60,036 nt of DNA from a virus (Duplodnaviria; Caudoviricetes). The stretch spans positions 1 to 60,036 of the IMG/VR virus record IMGVR_UViG_3300047545_000041. One strand, given 5' to 3'. The notes under the pieces were generated by a model that had not been told where the DNA came from, did no database searches, and saw only the letters and a program-made list of their open reading frames with translations. Positions 57,063 through 60,036 of the stretch are shown in pieces (position 1 is the stretch's first letter; each line of letters begins with the position of its first letter). Both the position numbers and the translations under genes were made by a program.

Positions 57063-57354
57063 TCTTAATCCTCTTCATTAAACCCACATGACTTATTTCT
57101 CTACCAGTCACAGTAGTGAGCCAAGCTGATACCTGTCTCAAACTATATTGCTTCAGATGTTTCTTAGCTTTCTCCAGCGCCTCTAGCTCTAAAGGTACAG
57201 GAACAAGCCATCCATCATCAGCTTCATCAGCTATGTAACCAAATGGAATGGTTCGACCTAGCCTCGGAATCTTAACATACTCTTTTGCATCTTTTGGTTG
57301 TGGGAGTATAAAGACACCGAGGCCGAAGTCGTAAGCTGTTGTAGCCTCTGTCAT
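56881..57354 (-). CDS. Putative DNA-binding protein (IPFGY...SLR..WL family)
   Basis: Recombinase-DBD-like motif upstream of terL. Confidence 0.6.
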   Translation of the reverse strand: MTEATTAYDFGLGVFILPQPKDAKEYVKIPRLGRTIPFGYIADEADDGWLVPVPLELEALEKAKKHLKQYSLRQVSAWLTTVTGREISHVGLMKRIKSEQSQRRKSSTYRELADRYEKALKKAQEYEKRTGTGQDSFFGSDRFVQLSATFSDNSTDS

Positions 57355-57725
57355 TCTTCTTCACGTTCCTTAGCAGGCAATATCATGACACCGCCTGTGT
57401 TGCTCTCTACCTGCACCTTCTCAGTCTTTACCAGACCAGCGCGGTCAAGCAAGTCTTTAGCAGCCGACATCTTCTCTTTGAGGCCAAGCTCTGTAGGATC
57501 GTCAATGGCAGCAATCATAGCCACCGCAGCCTTTGGAGCCGCCATAGCAATGTAGAGCTGTGTAGCTTCAATGATCTCTTCCTTCAAAGCATTGGTGAGT
57601 TGTCTGCGGCTATAGCCTTCAGAGAACCCTGCCATCTTCATAGCGTGATTGATGTTGCCATTGGCTTCAGCAAACAACACCTCAAGGAATCGTTTCTGTT
57701 GTTCTGTAAGTTCTTTTTTAGCCAT
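57351..57725 (-). CDS. Putative terminase small subunit
   Basis: LTEQQKRF..A...AGFS HTH; AAKDLLDRAG. Confidence 0.65.
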   Translation of the reverse strand: MAKKELTEQQKRFLEVLFAEANGNINHAMKMAGFSEGYSRRQLTNALKEEIIEATQLYIAMAAPKAAVAMIAAIDDPTELGLKEKMSAAKDLLDRAGLVKTEKVQVESNTGGVMILPAKEREEE

Positions 57726-58080
57726 TGTTTAAAGGGTCATAATATTCTTCAACACTCACTGTAGCATCCATTGTAGAGCCAGCTTCAGGTGTAACAACCA
57801 TGTAGTCGCCAGCGCTCAATGCCAAGTAGCTACCGTCAAGTTTGAGATAGCCGTAAGCAGAAACAACATAGCCACCAACAATGTAGTAGTCCGTGCCTAA
57901 GCTAGTGTCATGCCATTTGATTGACACCGTCTTATTACCACTACTAGCATTGGCAACAAACAACAACTCTATCTTTGCCGTATGATTGGGAGGGCAGGTA
58001 TAGATGGTGTTGGCAGCACCGGCAGTGAGGTTGGTGCCGATGCTACGAGTCTTATAAGCTTTGTTGTTTCCGTTAGCCAT
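57718..58080 (-). CDS. Hypothetical virion protein (IYTCP family)
   Basis: Beta-rich 120-aa ORF. Confidence 0.6.
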   Translation of the reverse strand: MANGNNKAYKTRSIGTNLTAGAANTIYTCPPNHTAKIELLFVANASSGNKTVSIKWHDTSLGTDYYIVGGYVVSAYGYLKLDGSYLALSAGDYMVVTPEAGSTMDATVSVEEYYDPLNNG

Positions 58081-58238
58081 CACTTCTTAGCTTTCACTTT
58101 AGCTTCAGACAACGCAATTGCAATGGCTTGCTTAGGACTCTTCACAACTTTGCCGCCTTTGCCGCTGTGCAGAGTGCCTTCTTTGAACTCACCCATCACT
58201 TTGGCAACTTTGGCGGTTTGCTTCTTTGTCTGCTTCAT
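58080..58238 (-). CDS. Small basic protein (VMGEFKEG.LHSG...KQAIAIALSEA; not in the ORF track)
   Basis: Own translation; recurrent phage motif; coupled starts/stops. Confidence 0.65.
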   Translation of the reverse strand: MKQTKKQTAKVAKVMGEFKEGTLHSGKGGKVVKSPKQAIAIALSEAKVKAKK

Positions 58239-58390
58239 TTCTTCTTAGCCTTCATTGGCTTACCAACGCCAATCATGATGGCAACCATAGGCTTGCCCTT
58301 GCCTTCTTTGGCAAGACATTTACCAGCAGCTTTGCACTTGGCAGAAGTGGGGCAGCCTTCGCAGGGCTTGAACGCTTTCTTTGTAGCCAT
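58235..58390 (-). CDS. Small basic Cys-containing protein (not in the ORF track)
   Basis: MATKKAFKPCEGCPTSAKCKAAGKCL... Confidence 0.55.
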   Translation of the reverse strand: MATKKAFKPCEGCPTSAKCKAAGKCLAKEGKGKPMVAIMIGVGKPMKAKKK

Positions 58391-58391
58391 A

Positions 58392-58673
58392 TTATTTCTT
58401 CGCTTTCTTCATGGGAGCCTTGGCGACAACAGCACCGCCCTTAGCCATTGCTGTTTTCATAGGAGCAGCATAGCCACCACCCATCATCTTCTTAGGGGCA
58501 GCCTTCTTCACAGCCCCACCCTTAGCCAGCTTCACACCAGCTTTCATAGCAGCCTTCTCTTCCAGCTTCACAGCGTCATCGAGATATTGGTTACGCACGT
58601 CTTGGGGCAATGTCTTGTCCTTTGCCATCTCGCGCAGTTTTGCAACTTTAGCTGCTGTGTTGTCCATAGCCAT
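58392..58673 (-). CDS. Small basic protein with AKGG repeats
   Basis: AAGGA RBS; LAKGGAV and MAKGGAV. Confidence 0.65.
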   Translation of the reverse strand: MAMDNTAAKVAKLREMAKDKTLPQDVRNQYLDDAVKLEEKAAMKAGVKLAKGGAVKKAAPKKMMGGGYAAPMKTAMAKGGAVVAKAPMKKAKK

Positions 58674-58731
58674 GATATGTTTCCTTAAATAAAAAATAGA
58701 GGCCATGCCTCAACGTTATAGTTATAGCATG

Positions 58732-58965
58732 TTAACGGTATTTAGCCGTCTTCTTTGCCACACTCTTAGGCTGAGCAACAAACTGCTTACCCTTCGCCTT
58801 ACCTTCACGCTTAGCCTTTGTCGTTGCTGCATACTCAGCAGGTGTCAAAGCCTTTATAGCCTTCTCAGGCAAATAACGCTCCCCTGTTTCCGACGAAGGC
58901 TTACCAGACTTTGTTGTCCATTTCTGATCTGTCCATTCCTTTAGAGATTTCTGTGGCGCTTTCAT
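58732..58965 (-). CDS. Small basic conserved phage protein
   Basis: QKSL..WT.QKW.TKSGK..TGERYLP. Confidence 0.7.
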   Translation of the reverse strand: MKAPQKSLKEWTDQKWTTKSGKPSSETGERYLPEKAIKALTPAEYAATTKAKREGKAKGKQFVAQPKSVAKKTAKYR

Positions 58966-59138
58966 TTGTAGCCTCCACCAGCAGCTTTGTATTCTTTGGC
59001 TAAGAGCTGTGCCTTGCGTCCGCTCCACTGGCCTGCATCACCACCTTTAGTGCCAGCTTTGATCTTCTCAAACAAAGCCTTACGCATTGTTGGCTTGGTG
59101 TAGTTGCCAGCCTCATTCACTTTAGATTTTGTAGCCAT
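58962..59138 (-). CDS. Small basic conserved phage protein
   Basis: NYTKP..RK...GQWS.RKAQ..YK..GGGY. Confidence 0.7.
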   Translation of the reverse strand: MATKSKVNEAGNYTKPTMRKALFEKIKAGTKGGDAGQWSGRKAQLLAKEYKAAGGGYK

Positions 59139-59142
59139 TGTC

Positions 59143-59397
59143 TTACCACTTTTCTCGGTTGGCCCAGAATGCCGCTGACATCTTACCTTTAGCGATGTTA
59201 GAAGCATGACGAGCTTTGAAAGCTTCATTGCGCTTGCTACCATCGGGAGAGCCTTTAACACCCTGCTGACCAAAGCGAATGAGCTTCACCTTGTCACCCT
59301 CTTTAGCCAACACAGCATGACTCTTCGTCGGATGATCGGGTGTTGCCTTTGGCTTGTTGTAGCCACTAAACTCTTCACTACCTCGTTTGATTGCCAT
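59143..59397 (-). CDS. Small basic conserved phage protein
   Basis: HPTKSH.V...IRFGQQG..FKARH..SAA.W. Confidence 0.7.
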   Translation of the reverse strand: MAIKRGSEEFSGYNKPKATPDHPTKSHAVLAKEGDKVKLIRFGQQGVKGSPDGSKRNEAFKARHASNIAKGKMSAAFWANREKW

Positions 59398-59398
59398 A

Positions 59399-59653
59399 TC
59401 AATATCGTCCTTTACCGCGCCTATCGCGCCAGCCTTCTTCGCACATCGCCTTCTCTACAACATCTAAAGGGAAGTAGTAGCCTGTGTGCTTCTCTAAAGC
59501 GGCTCTAACATAATAGACATCACTGTGCGGTATATGTGTGTTGTCTAAGTTGTCACGGTGTAGCGCTTTAAACACTTCCGTTGCAACAGAATAAGGGGGA
59601 CTGTTCAGCATCCCTTTAGCTTCAACCGCTTGTCTACTCAACAAAATATTCAT
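59399..59653 (-). CDS. Hypothetical protein (HSDVYYVRAA)
   Basis: First ORF of the late arm. Confidence 0.6.
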   Translation of the reverse strand: MNILLSRQAVEAKGMLNSPPYSVATEVFKALHRDNLDNTHIPHSDVYYVRAALEKHTGYYFPLDVVEKAMCEEGWRDRRGKGRY

Positions 59654-59909
59654 ATGCTTCTATATAGGTCTTCATAGCTGCCTATCTTCAGATGTGTAGG
59701 CTAGTGATGAAAGAGTATATAGCTAAACAACAACAAAGTAAACAACAAACAGAAAGAACATCTATAGTTGGTATCTTCACAGTCGATTTTGTGTTAGCGT
59801 CTTTATAGACTTCATAGACTGTGTTTAGCGTTTAATGATTGTCTATAATCGTTTGTCAGCACAGAGCAACATCAATTCATATCAACAACATCATCTATGC
59901 TCACTGCAT

Positions 59910-60036
59910 TGCTATGTTGTCTATATAACCCCTACCCCTACACCCCATAGTTTTACTCCGATTGAAAATGTTGTCAAGCGATATATTTGCATATGTTGTT
60001 TTGTTGCAACATTGTAGCCTATGTCTTCACAGTCGA
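59910..60036. repeat. Copy of 1..127
   Basis: Exact identity. Confidence 0.9.

Noticed and set aside
1-60036. tRNA genes or alternative genetic code
   Set aside because: No cloverleaf with a T-loop consensus was noticed, and conserved genes read through intact with the standard code

Overview
The window is an apparently complete, circularly assembled tailed-phage genome of about 59.9 kb. The first and last 127 nt are identical, which is an assembly overlap. It has two convergent arms that meet at a bidirectional terminator near 28.9 kb. The + arm (0.8-28.9 kb) begins with early accessory genes driven by repeated sigma70 promoter/hairpin cassettes. It then carries an ADP-ribosylglycohydrolase, a tyrosine integrase, ThyX, a T7-like primase-helicase, a family-B DNA polymerase, SSB, a 5'-3' exonuclease, RNA ligase, MazG, NrdAB and PhoH. 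The - arm (59.7-28.9 kb) is a podovirus-type virion module: terminase, portal, scaffold, capsid, tail adaptor/nozzle, tail fibre, lysis genes and large ejection proteins. I found no phage RNA polymerase, tRNA or CRISPR array. The most interesting unexplained signals are: (1) structured, partly pseudoknotted RNA leaders in front of three free-standing HNH genes, two of them with their own promoter and two sharing AGGGTAGCTCCC; (2) a boxA plus multi-hairpin early leader; (3) a [FM]A[KQ]GGxVxxYxxGG peptide tag shared by unrelated virion proteins; (4) a possible ADP-ribosylation writer in an ejection protein paired with an early-gene eraser; (5) a repeat-jointed cassette protein next to the integrase; (6) apparent genome-wide CCWGG avoidance. 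All functional calls come from motif recognition by eye; no database searches were run.
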